Shown: in pieces, positions 37,652 to 52,042 of the stretch
Numbering within the stretch: position 1 is the first letter of the stretch
Layout: each line of letters begins with the position of its first letter
Source of the DNA: Mobula birostris
Taxonomy: Eukaryota
Length of the DNA stretch: 64,000 nt
Assembly: GCF_030028105.1 (NCBI RefSeq)
Contig: NC_092398.1
Span: 24,753,649-24,817,648, forward strand
Direction: 5' to 3'
Made by a program: the position numbers and the translations under genes
The notes under the pieces: model-generated
Seen by the model: only the letters and a program-made list of their open reading frames with translations
The model's database searches: none
Told to the model about the DNA's origin: nothing

Positions 37652-38550
37652 TCACACCAGGCGAGAGAATGGAGATTTCAACACCTCCCGCATCTGCTCC
37701 CTGAACTTCTTCTGGGTCAAGGCGTAAAGAGCCGTGTTTGTGCAGCAGCTCAGAAGCTGCAGCATGTAGCCCAGCTCCCTCATGGTCGAAGGTGGGAACA
37801 AGGCATACCTCAGATATGATAAACGAAAAAAATATGATCGTATCCACACAGTATGCACAACAAAAACCACCCACAACACGATGAAATTCGCCGACACGAC
37901 CAACAGTAAAATGAGCGACTTCCTCCGGCTTTGCATCTCCGGGTCTTTGGAGCTATCCCCATTGCTGTGATTCCGGAGTCTCCTCCGGGCTCTACTCGCC
38001 ACCACCACGTGTATGATAGTCAAAGCACTGAGCAGCAGAATGACCACAAATGGGATCACAGGCGTCAGAAAGAAGCTGCAAGACTCCACCACTGTCCATG
38101 CAACTGAGAACAGAGCACCGTCTCTTCCGTGGCAAAACCAAGGGACGTTATTAAACTGGTGGTGTCCTGAGAGCAAACAATACCAGAAAATGTTCTTTAA
38201 ACAGCTCAGTGCGGCCACAGTCCACAGAACAACAGCCGCAGTTCTCTCGGTGCAGTATTTAGCTTTCAGATTCTGGTAGCGAATAGCCACAAATCGGTCG
38301 AAGGTGAACATAACAGTGAACCAGACGGAGCATTCGTAGGCTGTGTAACGTAGGACGGCGTGGATATTACACACGGGGAAGTTTATCAGGAATATAAACG
38401 CTTCCCAAAAAACAATAGGAATCTGAATCAATACCCGGTCGAAGACAACAACGAGAAGATCCGCCATTGCCATGGCCATAAAGTAACGAGCGACGCCTTT
38501 CGAAAGACCGCACTTTCCCTGGGACAGGACCACAATCGTCAGCGCGTTCA
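37652..38550 (-). CDS. GPR139-like (GPR139/GPR142 family) GPCR copy 2, exon 2, open frame
   Basis: Uninterrupted ORF with 7TM hydrophobic pattern. Motifs GKCGLSK, AMAMADL, CSVWFTVMFTFDRFVAI, DPEMQSRRKS and CTNTALYALTQKKFRE. Acceptor ttgtgtttctttcaatcccaatag|tg aac is phase 1, matching the known GPR139 intron position in TM1. Confidence 0.9.
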
Positions 38551-39461
38551 CTATTGGGATTGAAAGAAACACAAGCATGTTTGTGGGCAAGGAATAATGT
38601 CAGCACAGTCACAGACAGGAAATATGGAAACATGTTTTTGAACCCAGAATGGAAGACTGCAGTTTTTGCAGCATCAGCGATGTCTGCTGGTGACGAGGAT
38701 TATAACTCAGTGAAATCGACAAAGAACTGGAAAATAACGTCACAACGCCAAACAACGAACAGCTGAGAAAATGTGCTCTCGGATTTCGGTGAAGATGGAT
38801 TTGAAATAGGGCTCGAAATTGGTCATTGAATTGGAATTGCTTTACTATTACGGAAGTGGCATCACAAGGGTACAGGGAAACACGCGTCTCCACAATATGC
38901 ATACAGATCAATTCTTTACCAGTGCTTTGAGGCGTGACGTCATATCAGTTCAGGCTCTCCGGCTTCTTCTGCTGGTCTTTTAAATTTATACAATATTTCG
39001 GAAGCCATCCATTTTAAACTGCAATCCAAATTGGAAGTTTGGTATCTAAAGCTGCAACGCACACTTACTCAGTTGAAAATTTTAAACGCCAGCTCAGAAG
39101 ATCTTTATTTAAGCTTGATTTTAAATGGAATTATTTTGTCTGCTCTTTTCATGTTATTTCTGTTTGTATTATAAAGGCACATTAAAACTTCGCCTATTTG
39201 GAAAGTGCTCTAATTATTATTATTATTATTTTTATTGTTGCTGTTTTTGTTGTTGTGATTGTTGTTGTTTAAAGAAAACAAAAACGGGGAGATAAATGTT
39301 ATTGACCGAATCTGTCAATGTATTACAGGATCATCATCAAAAGTTCAGTTAGTGAGGACGATGGACTGCGTTAACCGGAAAATGTTATTAAATTCCTACC
39401 TATCAAATCACTTTACAGGAACCCGTGATCACTGCTTCTCCTTCTCTGGTCAGCAACTTAC

Positions 39462-39641
39462 CGGGAAATGCAACCAAAGCGAGAACGGGCAGTAGATGGG
39501 CTGAATTGTCCGGAGTAAATACCAGATCCGTCTGTCTGCTGGTATCCAAGGGTCATTCGAAAAAATATAGGGAGCCAGGCTGAAGACACCCTTCCCTGTC
39601 CCTGGAACATTCCATGGTCCTATTTCTCGTTCCTGAACCAT
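39462..39641 (-). pseudogene. Putative exon 1 of GPR139-like copy 2, with the same 1-nt shortfall as copy 1
   Basis: Translation identical to 14753-14932. Donor GTAAGT at 39461-39456; intron 911 bp. Confidence 0.75.
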
Positions 39642-42573
39642 TGCCTGTCACTGTTCCCAGATTCCAGTCGGTGACCGGCGATTCGCACGCTGCACATGTG
39701 ACCGTTCACGTAAAATTCCACTTTGATGTTCGCAGTTCCCCAATTATTGTCTTCCGCTGTCGAGCCGCTGCGGTCCGAGTGTGAACCTTCATCGGAAGGA
39801 GCAATTTTAAATAGAACTTCTAATCCCCCAGTGACACAACCAGGCTCCATACAGGCTGATGTTAATTACTCAACATACAGCTACGTTTAACCCCTTTGAA
39901 TTCGGATCTTTGGTGCAAAAGGTAAAACGAATTATTAAATAGAGTGGTGATGTCCAGGATATATGTCCACCGATCCCGGACATTCGTTCTGCATCATCTT
40001 GCAGGAGACAGAATAGCTTGCAAGCACGTACCATCAGTCTCAGTAACAGCTTCAGTCACGACATTTTTAAAATATTCAACCCTTCCCCCTGGCGATTAGA
40101 TGGACTCTTGATATTGCAATCTGCCTCGCTCTGACTTTGCAAATTGTTGTTCCCCTGCGCCGCACTTTCTCTGTAACTGCAGCACTTTATTCTGCATTCT
40201 GTCATTGTATTATCCGGAAATCAATGCACTGAGGCAATCATTCTTTTCTGTTGAATGAGGAGTATGTAAAACAAGGTTGTTTTCTTTTCCCAGCATTGGC
40301 AAATACAATGAAGTCCCGTGTACCATCAGTGTCCCATCGGGCAGGATGCTGCGCAGCGTCATCACCAGGACCAGCAGTATCTAAAACAGTTACTTTCTCC
40401 AGGTAGTAAGGCTGATCGATACTTCTACCGACCAACACATTCCACCAACTCCCCCTCCCACCCAACACCACTACTTTATCATTTCCTATCAGTAAACATG
40501 TGAACAGCCCTTAGAGTCACTTTGTAGACATATCAATCTCTGAATATAAACTATTTAAGTATTTATATTTATTGTCCTTTTTATTACTGTGCTCTTTGCC
40601 CTATTGTGTTTTTTGGCTCTGCAATGGATCCGGAGTAACAACTGTTTTGTTCCCCTTTCCCCTTTCTCCTTTCGTTCCCATTTACTAATTGAACAATCTG
40701 CAGTGTGATGGACCAATCGGTTAGGGAGCGGCTTGCAGGTCTGATGAAAGGCTCAGAGGGGATCCTTTCTTTCGACGGGAGGAGGCTGATGGAAACCTTG
40801 CAACTTTGCTCCAGCTAATCTGACGTCACTGCGTCGGCGATGAAGGAGTGGTTCATGTTGTATCGGATGAGTGACAATTCGGAAATTATGCGGTCGAAAT
40901 TGCTTTATTTATGAAAGAGATTTGGACCAAATCTGTATTAAAGTTCAACATATATTAAATCCCGTTTAAACGCCCATCTACTCGACTGAAACAATGACAA
41001 CAAACACAGACTGTTGGAGGAGCTCGGCAGATCAGGCAGCCTATATGGAAGTGAATAAACAGTGGACGTTTCCGGTCGAGACCATTTATCTGGACCGAAG
41101 AAGAAGCAGGCACACGCCAGAGTGAAATGGTGAGGGAGACGATAAGGAATACACACCGGTACGTCATACTTGTAGCCAAGTGACCGAGTAAATGGGTGGT
41201 TGCGGAAGAGGGATGAAGTAAAGACGCTGTAGTTAATAGTTGGAAAAATAAGAGCAAGAGAAGAAGGAATCTGATAAGAGAGGGGAATAGACCATAGGGG
41301 AAATTGAAGGAGGTGATCACAAGGGGGGAGGTGATCTGCTTGTGAGGGAATGAAGGAAGAGTGGTGTCAGAATGAATAATTGAAGAAACGGGAAGGGGAG
41401 CGGAGAAAATTATCGGAAAATATTAAAACATTGACATTTTTCTTTTTATGCACCTACCATATCAAAAATACTTCCACGATTAAACCAGTTAGTACATCTG
41501 ATGTGTTGCGTTCGGATCACATCGCAGGAAAATATAAGCCAGCCTACCAATATTTCCTCATAACCTGCAAACCAACAGATTGCCCAGAGATTCTCCTCCG
41601 CACTGCTTTGCATCCTGCTGTACGTTGGTGACCAGAATTACCCACAGTACTCTAAACGCGGGCAACGTAATGTTATGCACATGAGAGTGGTGTTGATTGA
41701 AGGAACCGCTTTGACTGAATAGTGGAGAAGTCCTGTTGGGCAGAATAGCTTCATTATGATGCTATAATTTGTGGGTTCAATACCTCATCTGGGTCCCTTT
41801 CACTTTCCAGTTTTACCCTTTATATTCACAGGTACGCCCTGTCCTTCGCCTGTTGATCACTCTGTTAACACTCTCTCACTGGCCGTCTCTTCTTTCCGTT
41901 CGACTGCTGCTAGTTCTCGACGAAATGTCTGGATATTATCTCTGCTCTAGTTTATGGCCACAACACTGTGAACCTTCATCGCTATTCGCGCCTGTGTTTC
42001 CTTTTCTTACAACTCTCCACATTCTCTATCCTTACCCTCTCTCCTTGTCCCTGACTCTCTCTCTCTCTCTCTCTCTCGCTGTGCTCCAGACCCCCTTGCT
42101 GTGTTGGCATCCATTGTGCGCACATCAAACAGCAGTACAAACGGGGCTCTATGTTGAGGGATGGGTGCACACAGAACAAACTAGTGCACAGCGGCGGTGT
42201 GGAGAGGACCGTGTGCACGCCGGACTCAAGTGCACTGGGGACAGTTTTCAGATGTGTCTGTACAGACCGGACCAGTTAACGATGAAATTTCTTTTGACAC
42301 ACCTGCCATTGGAAAACATACTTCCGTGATTAATCCCGTCTGTACATTTCATCAACGAATGTATTTCCTTCGGGTCACCTTGCACGGAAATTACGATCAA
42401 CCTGTCCAATAGAGAGAGTCGTGGAGTAATAGAAAAGTACAGCACAGAAAAAGACCCTTCGGCCACTCTAGTCTGAGCCGAACTAAATAAACTTCTACTC
42501 CCCTCTGCCAACACGCGTATCACAGCCTTCCCTAACCCAGGCATCCGTTTATCTGTCCAAGCGCCTCTCAGAC

Positions 42574-44880
42574 CAGAGGTCCCCAACCACCGGGCCGCGG
42601 ATCGGTACCGGGCCGCAAAGCATGTGCTACCGGGCCGCGAGGAAACCTTTCCTCATTCCCTGTCACGTACTGTTGAGTCATTACGCATGCGAGGTCATGA
42701 ACCGCGCTTCATCCATGTCAGCGCGGGAAGGAGATCAATTCCCTGAGCTTGCAAATGACGGCAGGCTGAAAAGTATGTTTGACATAACATCTCAGCCGGC
42801 ATTCTGGATCAAAGTCAAGGCTAAATAACCTGAGATAGCCACGAAAGCATTGAAAACGATGCTTCCATTTCCAAAATATCTCTGCGAAGCGGGCATTTCT
42901 GCAATGAATGCAACAAAAACTAAATTGTGGAATAAACTGGACATAAGCAACCCCCTTGGAGTAAAGTGTCTCCCATCACCCCTGGATAGGACCCTCTCCT
43001 TGCAGGGAAACAAGCCCAGGGCTCCCACTGATTCACCGATATTGGTGTGTTGCAATGATTCTATATGTCCACACGGGGAAAATATGTGTTCTGTGTTTAA
43101 TATCCAAACGGTACTTAAAATGTTATAATGCTATTGACTTATATAAGCATATAACAATTACAGCACAGAAACAAACCACCTCTGCCCTTCTAGTCCGTGC
43201 CGAACGCTTACTCTCACCTAGTCCCAACGACCAGCACACAGCCCACAACCCTCCATTCTTTTCCTGTCCATATATCTATCCATTTTTTCTTTAAATGGTA
43301 ATATCGAACCTGTCTCTACCACATCTACTGGGTTCGTTCAATACTTACTTCAAGCTCCCCTGTCCTCCCCTGATAATTGATTTATCACTATATTCATGCG
43401 AGGAAAATATGCGCTGTGTGTTTAATATTAAATTTCGCCAGATAAACTCTTTTAGAAAGGAAATTGAGTGTATTAGGCACTTATTACCGATATTCCGGAC
43501 GTGGTTCCCCGGCACCGCCGAACAGAATCGGGGCGGGGGGCGGATAGGGTTGCCAACAGACAAGAGTAGCAGTCAAATACGCTCTGTTCACACCGAGAAA
43601 GCTTTCAATGACCACGAAGCCTCGTGCGGGCGCCAGTGCACATGCATTTCCGTGCAGATATTTTTTTTCCCTACAATTCTTTTTGGCGATTCTGATCGGG
43701 GGATTGGGGGTTTGTTAACCACGACCGGAATACCGGTAATAACTGCCTAATACACTCAACTTTCTTTCTAAAAGGGTTTATCTAACGAACTTAATATTAT
43801 ACACACTGCGCATATTTTCCTCACATGAACATAGTGATAAGTCAATTATCAGGGGAGGACAGGGGAGCGTGAAGTAAGTGTTGAATGAACTTCCAGTAGA
43901 AATGGTAGAGGCAGGTTCGATATTATCATTTAAAGAAAAATTCGATGGATGTATGGGTAGGAAAGGAATTGCGGGTTGTGGGCTGAGTGCAGATCGGTGG
44001 GACTAGGTGAGAGTAGCGTTCAGAGCTGGCTAGAAGGGGAGAAGTGGCCTGTTTCCGTGCTGTAATTGTTATATGGTTATATAAGTCAATAGAATCATAA
44101 CATTTTAAGTAACGTTTGCATATTAAACACACAGCACATATAAAATCATTGCAACACACCGATATCGCTGAATCAGTGGGAGCTTTGGACTTGTTTCCCT
44201 GCAAGGAGACGGTCCTGTCGAGGGGTGATGGGAGACAGCGATACTCGAAGGGGGTTCCTTATGTCCAGTCTATTCCGCAATTTAGTTTTCGTTGCATTCA
44301 TTGCAGAAAAGCCCGCTTCGCAGACATATTTTGGAAATGGAAGCAGTGTTTTCAGTGCTTTCGTGGCTATCTCAGGATATTTAGCTTTGGCTTTGATCCA
44401 GAATGCCGGCAGAGATGTTATGTCAAACATACCTTTTAGCCCGCCGTCATTTGCAAGCTCGGGGAGTTGATCTCCTTCCCGCGGTGACATGGACGATGCA
44501 CGGTTAATGACCTCGCATGCGTAATGGTTCAACAGTGCGTGACAGGGAATGAGGAAAGGTTTCCTCGCGGCCCGGTAGCACATGCTTTGCAGCCAGGTAT
44601 CGCTCCGCGGCACGGTGGTTGGGGACCGCAGGCCAAAATAAAATTCTAGTGAGCGGAGGGGAATGTGCAGGTAAACGCATGTGCACTGGTGCCCGCGCAA
44701 GGCTTCATGGACTTTGAAGTCTTTCTCGGGGTAAACACAACGTATTTGACTGCTATTCTTGTCCGTTGGCAACCCGACTCCCTACAACAACACGCGCCCC
44801 CCCCCCACCCCACCGCGGTCGGCAAGAATATTGTCAATATTAAACCGGTCCACAGTGCAAACAAAGTTTGGGGACTCCTG
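42574..44880. mobile_element. Nested inverted Charlie-type pair, unit 2 copy
   Basis: Nearly identical to 17871-20179. Confidence 0.82.
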
Positions 44881-45355
44881 CATTTATCCCTACTCTTTTT
44901 TTCCTCTCATCCAACCAATTTTCTATCCCTGTCAGTACCCTACCCCCAATACCATTTACTCTAATTTTGCACACTAACCTCTATGTGGCTTCCTGAAAGT
45001 CCAGGTACAGTACATCCACTAGCTTTCCAATGTCCATTTTTTTAGTTACATTCTCAAAAAAAACCCAGATATTAGTCAAGCGTCATTTCCCTTTCGTAAA
45101 TCCATGCTGACTCGGACCTATCCTGCCACTGCTATCCAAATATTCCGCTATTACATCTTTTATAATGAATTCCAGTATCTTCCCCACCACTGATGTCAGA
45201 CTAACTGGTCTATAATTGCCTGTTTACTCTCTCCCTCCTTTCTTAAAAAGTTGGATAACATTCGCTACCCTCCAATCCGTAGGAACTGATCCTGAATCTA
45301 TAGAACATTGGAAAGTAATTACCCTTGCCCCAATGTAAAATTAAGTTACAATGTA

Positions 45356-47011
45356 AATTGAAAAGCGTGAATACAGGACTCAAAGTGTCATATCTGAAAG
45401 CATGCAGTACACTAGAATAAGGTAGATGAACTTGTAGCACAGTTAGAGATCGGCAGGTATGATGTTGTAAGCATCACGGAATCATGGCTGAAAGAAGATT
45501 ATAGCTGGGACATTAATATCCAACGGTAAACGTTGTATCGCAAGGACGGTTCTGGAAGACTGGAAAATTGCAAATGTCTCTCCAGTCTTCAACAGGGGAG
45601 AGAGAAGAAGAAAGAAAATTATCGGACAGTATGCCTGTCCTCAATAGTTGGGAAGACGTGGGAGTCGATTGTTAAGAATGTGGTTTCAGGGTACAAGGAG
45701 GCACATGATAAAACAGGCCATAGTCACCATGGTTCCCTCTGAGGGAAATCTTGCCTGATAAATCTGTTAGAATTCTTTGAAGAAATAACAAGCAAAATAG
45801 ACAAAGGACAATCTATTCATGTTGTGTACTTGGGTTTTCAGAAGGCCATTGACAAGGTGCCACACGTGAGGCTGCTTGGTAAGCTACGAGCTCATGGTAT
45901 TACAGGAAAGAATCTAGCATGGATAAAGCAGTGGCTGACTGGCAGGAGGCAAAGACTAGGAATAAAGGGGGCTTTTCTGGTGGCTGCCGGTGACTACTCG
46001 TGTTCCACGAGGTCTGTGTTAGGACCGATTCTTCTTACATTATATGTTAATGATTTGGATGATGGATTTAATGGCTTTGTTGCAACATTGCAGAAGATAC
46101 TCAGACAGGTGGAGGGGTAGATAGTTTGGCAGAATTATAGAGGCTACAGAAGTACTTAGACAGATTAGGAGAATGGACAAAGAAGTGTCAGGTGGAATAC
46201 AGTGTCGGGAAGTACGTGGTCATATACTTCGATAGAAGAAGTGAAAGGGTTGACTCTTTTCTAAGTGGAGAGAAAATACAAAATCTGAGGCACAAGGGGA
46301 CTTGGGAGCCCTTGTGCTGGATTCTCTGAAGCTCAATTTGCAGGTTGAGTCTGTGGTGAGGAAGTCAAATGCAATATTAGAATTAATTTCAAGAGGACTA
46401 GAATATAAAAGCAAGGATGTAATATTGAGACTTTATAAGACACTGGTAAGGCTTCACTTTAAGTATTGCGAGCAGCTTGGTACCCGTTATCTTAGAAAGG
46501 ATGTGCTGAAATTGGAGAAGGTTCAAAGGAGCTTCACGAAAATGATTCCAGAAATAAACATCTTATCATATGGAGAGTGTGTGATGGTATTAGGCTTGTA
46601 TTCACTGAATCAGCATAATGAGGGGTGTTCATTGAAACCTATCAAATGGTTAAAGGCTTTGATAGAGTGGATGTGGAGAGAATGAGTCCTATGGTGGGAA
46701 AGTCTAAGACAAGAGGGAATAGCCTCAGAATAGAGGGGCATCCTTTTAGGACATAGTTAAGGAGGAATTTCTTTAGCCAGCTTGCGGTGAATCGGTGGAT
46801 TTCTTTGCCACAGGCGGCTGCGGAGGCCAAGTCTTTATATATATTTAAGGCAAACGTTGAAAGTTTCTTGATTGGTCAGGGCATGAAGGGATACGGGGAG
46901 AAGGCAGGAGATTGGGACTGAGAGGAAAAATACATCAGTCATGATAAAATGGCAGGGCAGACTCAACGGGTCAAATGGCCTAATTGTGCTCCTATATTTA
47001 GTGTTTTTGTC
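45356..47011 (+). mobile_element. CR1 LINE, unit 2 copy
   Basis: ORFs 45824-46120 and 46302-46685 match unit 1. Boundaries approximate. Confidence 0.85.
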
Positions 47012-48501
47012 GTCAATGATTTGCAGAAGCGTTGATGAAATCGAACTGTACCATGGGCTTCAGAGGACGTTGGAGTCAGGCGTTTATCGATGGCCTATGC
47101 CCAAAAGAGTATGTAAGGTGAGTGAGTAATGGTGTCAAAGATGACAGGGAGAAAGTAGGAAAATGGAGTTGATGGGGGCATCAAATCAACCATGATGGGG
47201 CGATGGAGCAGGATCGATGGGCTGAATGGCCTAAACCTGCTCCTCGGTCTTATTCTCAATGAGCAAAAACAGCCTCGTCCCTTCCTTCAGTTTTTTTGGA
47301 ACCCAACCTTGTTATTCTATTTTTTTCAATTCTTAGTTGTTTTGAACATTTAAAGTAATCTTTTTACGTCTTTGCCCCGACCTTCACGTCACAGAAGTCA
47401 GTGATGATAAATCTGATTTGAGAATAGTGCAGAGACGGTTTCCCAGCTTAATCCACATTGATGAAGCTCTGTCAGCCTCTCAGCCACTTGCCCTTTGACG
47501 TGCAGCAGTACAAGATTCCAGTCACCACCATTGCGCACAGCCCGAGTATCCCCAGGACAGCTCCAACAATCATCAAAGCTTCATTCTCAACCAGTGCGTT
47601 GTGTTCTGAGCAGAAAGCGTTGGAGGTTCTGTCGTTGTGTTAAGTCATGTTTCATATCATATCATTAAGTTCAAAGTTAATTTATTATCAGGGTACTGAC
47701 GTATATGTCAACCTATGCAACTCTGAGGTTCAAGCTCCTGTGGGCATACTGGGCAAATCTATAGAGTAGTAACTAGAACGGGATCAATGAACGATCAACT
47801 TGACTGCAGAAGACAACAAACTGTGCCACTGTGCTGTGCAATAAATAAATAGCATCAAATAACCAGAAACTGCGATAAAGAGTCCTTAAAGAGAGATCAT
47901 TGGTTGCAGGAGCACCTTAATGGATGGACAAGTGAGTGTAATCAAGAGCCCGATGGCTGAGGGGTGGTAACTGATTCTGAACCTGGTGGTGTGAGTCCCG
48001 CGGCTCCTGTGCTTTCCACCTGATGGCAGGAGCGAGAGAAGTGCATGGCCTGGGTGGTGGGGATCTCTGAGAAAGAATACTGCTTTCCTAAAATGTTGTT
48101 TCATGTAGATGTGATCAATGGTTGGGAGGGCTTCACCCGTGATGTACTGGACCAAATCCAGTATCTTTTGTAGGATTTTCCACTCAAAGGCATTGGTGTT
48201 TCCATACCAGTCTGTAATGCAGCCAGTCAATTCACATCTAGAAAAGTTTGTCAAAGTTTCAGTGTCAGGTCAAATCTCCAGTGACTCCAAAGGAAGTAGG
48301 GACAAGTCTACTTCCTTAAGAGGTGACTTGTTGTCAGCAGCTGCCATGGGAATCATCAAATATTCCCATTGTTCAGGACTACAACAGCTGAAATGCGTGG
48401 TCTCGGCTATGGATACTTCAGTAAATAACACATTTCACAACGTATCCCAAAGATATTAAACCTGATTCTGTTTTGTAAAGGCATGTTCAATGTACGAGGA
48501 G

Positions 48502-51500
48502 CAGGGGCAGCGCTAAGGTGGTGCTAGCTGGGGCTAGAGCACCAGCAGATATTGCAATAGCTCCACCATAGCACCACCAAGCAATTAACTGCAGCTGTTT
48601 TGCTTTCTCTGTATAGTTTTTGAAATACATTGTTTCCCCAGTTGATCTAGAGAAACAGCACCCCCAATTACCGTAGCAAACACGCAGCAATAAAGTTATA
48701 AACTCTCTCAGATCCACTCTGCACTTCTGCTTATTCGTTCGTTGTCAATGTCTTGCCGTTGCGTTCCTCAGATCAGTTAAGCTGATCTAAGGTCACTAAA
48801 GATTGTGACGTCTCTCACTCTCCCTTACGCGAGAGATTGATAGTACACATCCAGGCCCAGATCCGTGGCCTCGCGAGACTAACAGATGCCACACGCGCAC
48901 ACTGTGCTTTTACAAGCGAGCGTGGGCCTGGCACGTGCATTATTTTGGCCGGCGTGAAAAATTGATCAATTTTTAATCAGAAAACGACCTCATCCAGAGG
49001 AATCAGTGGTGTCTCTGCCTGAGCATGTCTTAATTGAAAGTGTCATGCAGAAAGAAGTAAGTGGGGATGAGGACGACAGCAGCTCATCGAAGGAGTGTGT
49101 GGGCGAAGTAGAGGAACAGGAAATGGAGCGGGATTCGGAAGAGAACGTGGATGAAGCTGCTCTTAGTGTGAGTGGAAATACTGTTAGCGGTGATAGCCAG
49201 CAGCCTGAGGAAGGACCCCGTCGGCCAGCATTGAAAAAGTACCCTTCGCAACAGTTTGGCAATCACAAAGGAGTATTCGTAGCTGGTTTGACCTGTACTA
49301 CTTGCTGGAATATTCAATCACAAAAGATGTTACATTCTGCTTCGCCTGCAGACATTTCCTGTGTGGAGAACCTGGGTTCTATTCTGAGTCTACCTTCACT
49401 GTCACAGATTACCGCAACTGGCGGAAAGCTACAACAGCTTTCAAAACCCACCACCTAAGTGCAGCTCATAAATTGGCTATGGAGGCATGGGGCGAATTCA
49501 GATTGAGAAAACAAGACGGTTCAAGATTGGGAAATATGCTTGATAAAAGACATGCAAACATTGTCCAAGGAAGTCGTGAGTATATGTGAGCAGTGGTTGA
49601 GTCTCTACGCTATACTGCGTGCCAAGGCATTCCCCAGCGAGGATACCTGGAGAATGATGGATCTGGCAATGGGGGAAACTTTGTTGAGTTGCTCAGTGTA
49701 GGTGGGAAGTTTGATAAGACTGTAGCTAAAAAGAAGAATAGAGGACAATCCTGGAAATGCAAAAAACACAAATCACCATATCCAAAATGAAATTAGGAGT
49801 ATTATGGCAGATATGGTCGGACGTCAAATAAGTGCAGCAATCCAGGAGGCTGGATATTTTGCCATCATGCTGGATGAAAGTAAGGACTTGAGTAAAAAGG
49901 AGCAAGTATCAGTGGTGGTGCGGTATTTGAATAAAGAAACAGTGCTTGAAGAATTCTTGTACTTCTCTCCAGCAGAAGGGTTGGACGCAGAGTCGCTTCT
50001 TAAAAGCATTGAACAGACGCTCGCCCAGTGCGTTATTGATAAGAACGCGTGTATAGGTCAGTGTTATGACGGGGCGGCAGTGATGTCCGGGTACAATAAC
50101 AGGGTACAAGAGAGGCATTATATATACACTGCCATGCTCCCAGACTTAACCTTGGTTTAGTGGATGTTGTAAGCAATGTACCAGAAGCGGGTGTGTTTTC
50201 TTTTTGAAACTGTGCAGCTGCTTTGCAACTTCTTTTCAAACTCTGTTGCCCACGATCTTTTCATGAAGAAACAGAGAGAATTGGAATCAACTGCACAGCC
50301 GTGGAGTTGAAAAAAATGCCAGATACACACTGGGCATAGCGGTATACAGCTTTGTGGGCTATAAGGAAATCACTCTCCGCCATTCTAGCTACACTACAGG
50401 ATATTATGGTTCAACCAAATGCACGGAGGAAAACGGAGGCCAGAGCTTTAAGTGGACTGATTGTCGCGCAGTTTGCTTTACTTCTCTCTCTGTTTGAGGA
50501 TTTACTCCGAGTCAAAAGTTCATGTCAGACCAACTACAATCTCCCAGTTTGGAGCTTTCATCCGCTGTGGACTTGGCTCAGTCTGTTATCGATGCACTCT
50601 CAGCAAAACGGGGAGAGGAATCATGAAGTGAAATTCAGACAAGAGCTAGGGACCTGTGCGTCAAGGCCGGTATACAGAGCAGAGCAGATGGAAGGAGACG
50701 GGCCCAGCCACCCCGCCGCCTACATCTTTTTGTTGTTGAGGCCCAAACTGAACGCACACCTGTCACATCCTATGATGACCTTCGCAGCCACAGTTTCTAT
50801 CCAGTTATAGACAGACTTCTGACTGAAATGGAAAGACGGTTCTCAATTGAGACTGGGGGTGTTCTGACTGGACTCTTGGCATTGACTCCCAAACACAAGC
50901 TCTTCCTAGACAAGAATTGTCTTTGGCCAATGGCCCAATACTATGGAGTGACTGAAGTGAACCTGACTGCAGAGCTACATCAGGTTCGGCGTCTGCTGGA
51001 AACAAAACAAAAGGAAGGACAGACAATGAATGACGCAGTGGAATTTCTAGCTCTAATGAGACCCGACGGCGATGCATTTATAGATTTATACAAACTAATC
51101 TGCATATCACTGACTCTGCCTGTTACATCTGCCTCATGCGAACGGAGTTTCTCTTGCCTCAGACGCGTCGAAAACGACTTAAGGAACAGCAGCGGCGATG
51201 CTCGGAACAGCAACTTGGTTCTGTTGGCCATAAACAGCCGGAGGACCAAAGCACTTGACATCCAGAAAATCATTGATGCTTTCGCCACCAATCACAACAA
51301 CGGACGGATTTTGCTTGTCTGAAAATATTAATGGTAGGTGCAGTTGATTTTTTCAAAATTTGGGCCAAGACTAATGCTGATTATTATTATTATTTTGTGG
51401 TGGTTACCCCAAAGTCCTTATCTTTCCTGCAGATCCTAAAATATTACATTCACTGCTATTAAGCCAACTTGTTTTGCCTAGACTTCCAAACGGTGATTCT

Positions 51501-52042
51501 GTTGATTTGTGTTTTAAATGCAGTAGCCGAACTAATTGAGGTATTGCATGGTCAGAGTACGATTTGTCCAACGCCTAGTAAAGTCTTGCATCTGTTGTTT
51601 GCCTTATTTGACTTTAATAAAGGTGTATCGTTTGGCATTGCTGTCTATGCAATGCGATTAGCAGTGGGTTCGTTTTGTGTTTTTCAGTTGAAAAGCACGC
51701 ATTAGACGCTGATTGCGGGATCGGTGCGTGATTCACGTTGTCCGCTGTTGCTCGTATACTGTTTGTTTTCTTTCGTTGTTTATGCTCCGTGTAGCCCAGG
51801 TTGTCCTCGATGCCGTGTGACACGGTAACAGTTCACTTCTATATTAGATCTATCAATTGCTTTTGCTTGTGAATCAATAGAGGCATTTACAGTGGGCACA
51901 TAATGCTTGAAACTGACTTTTTAACGCCACGCTTCTGGGCTTGCGAATACATATTACCATACAGTGCATCCCTCAGCACCATTACTGAATTATTCAGCCC
52001 CTCCGCAGCACCAGCAAGAAAAATTCTCTTGCGCCGTCACTG
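48502..52042 (+). mobile_element. ZMYM1-type hAT transposon, unit 2 copy
   Basis: Same termini; TSD at 48494-48501 / 52043-52050. Confidence 0.9.
49006..51322 (+). pseudogene. Fragmented hAT transposase, unit 2 copy
   Basis: Same broken ORFs as 24305-26621. Confidence 0.9.

Larger units (their letters stand above)
26971..51671. repeat. Tandem unit 2 (24,701 bp)
   Basis: Matching ORFs recur at offsets of 24,700-24,709, e.g. 14550/39259, 26127/50828, 27740/52441. Confidence 0.97.

Noticed and set aside
38551-38590. 312-aa single-exon GPCR ORFs starting 'MPTN' (37652-38590, 62833-63771)
   Set aside because: The first codon is TTG from the ORF finder's alternative starts and lies in the intron's 3' end; it is not a credible vertebrate start.
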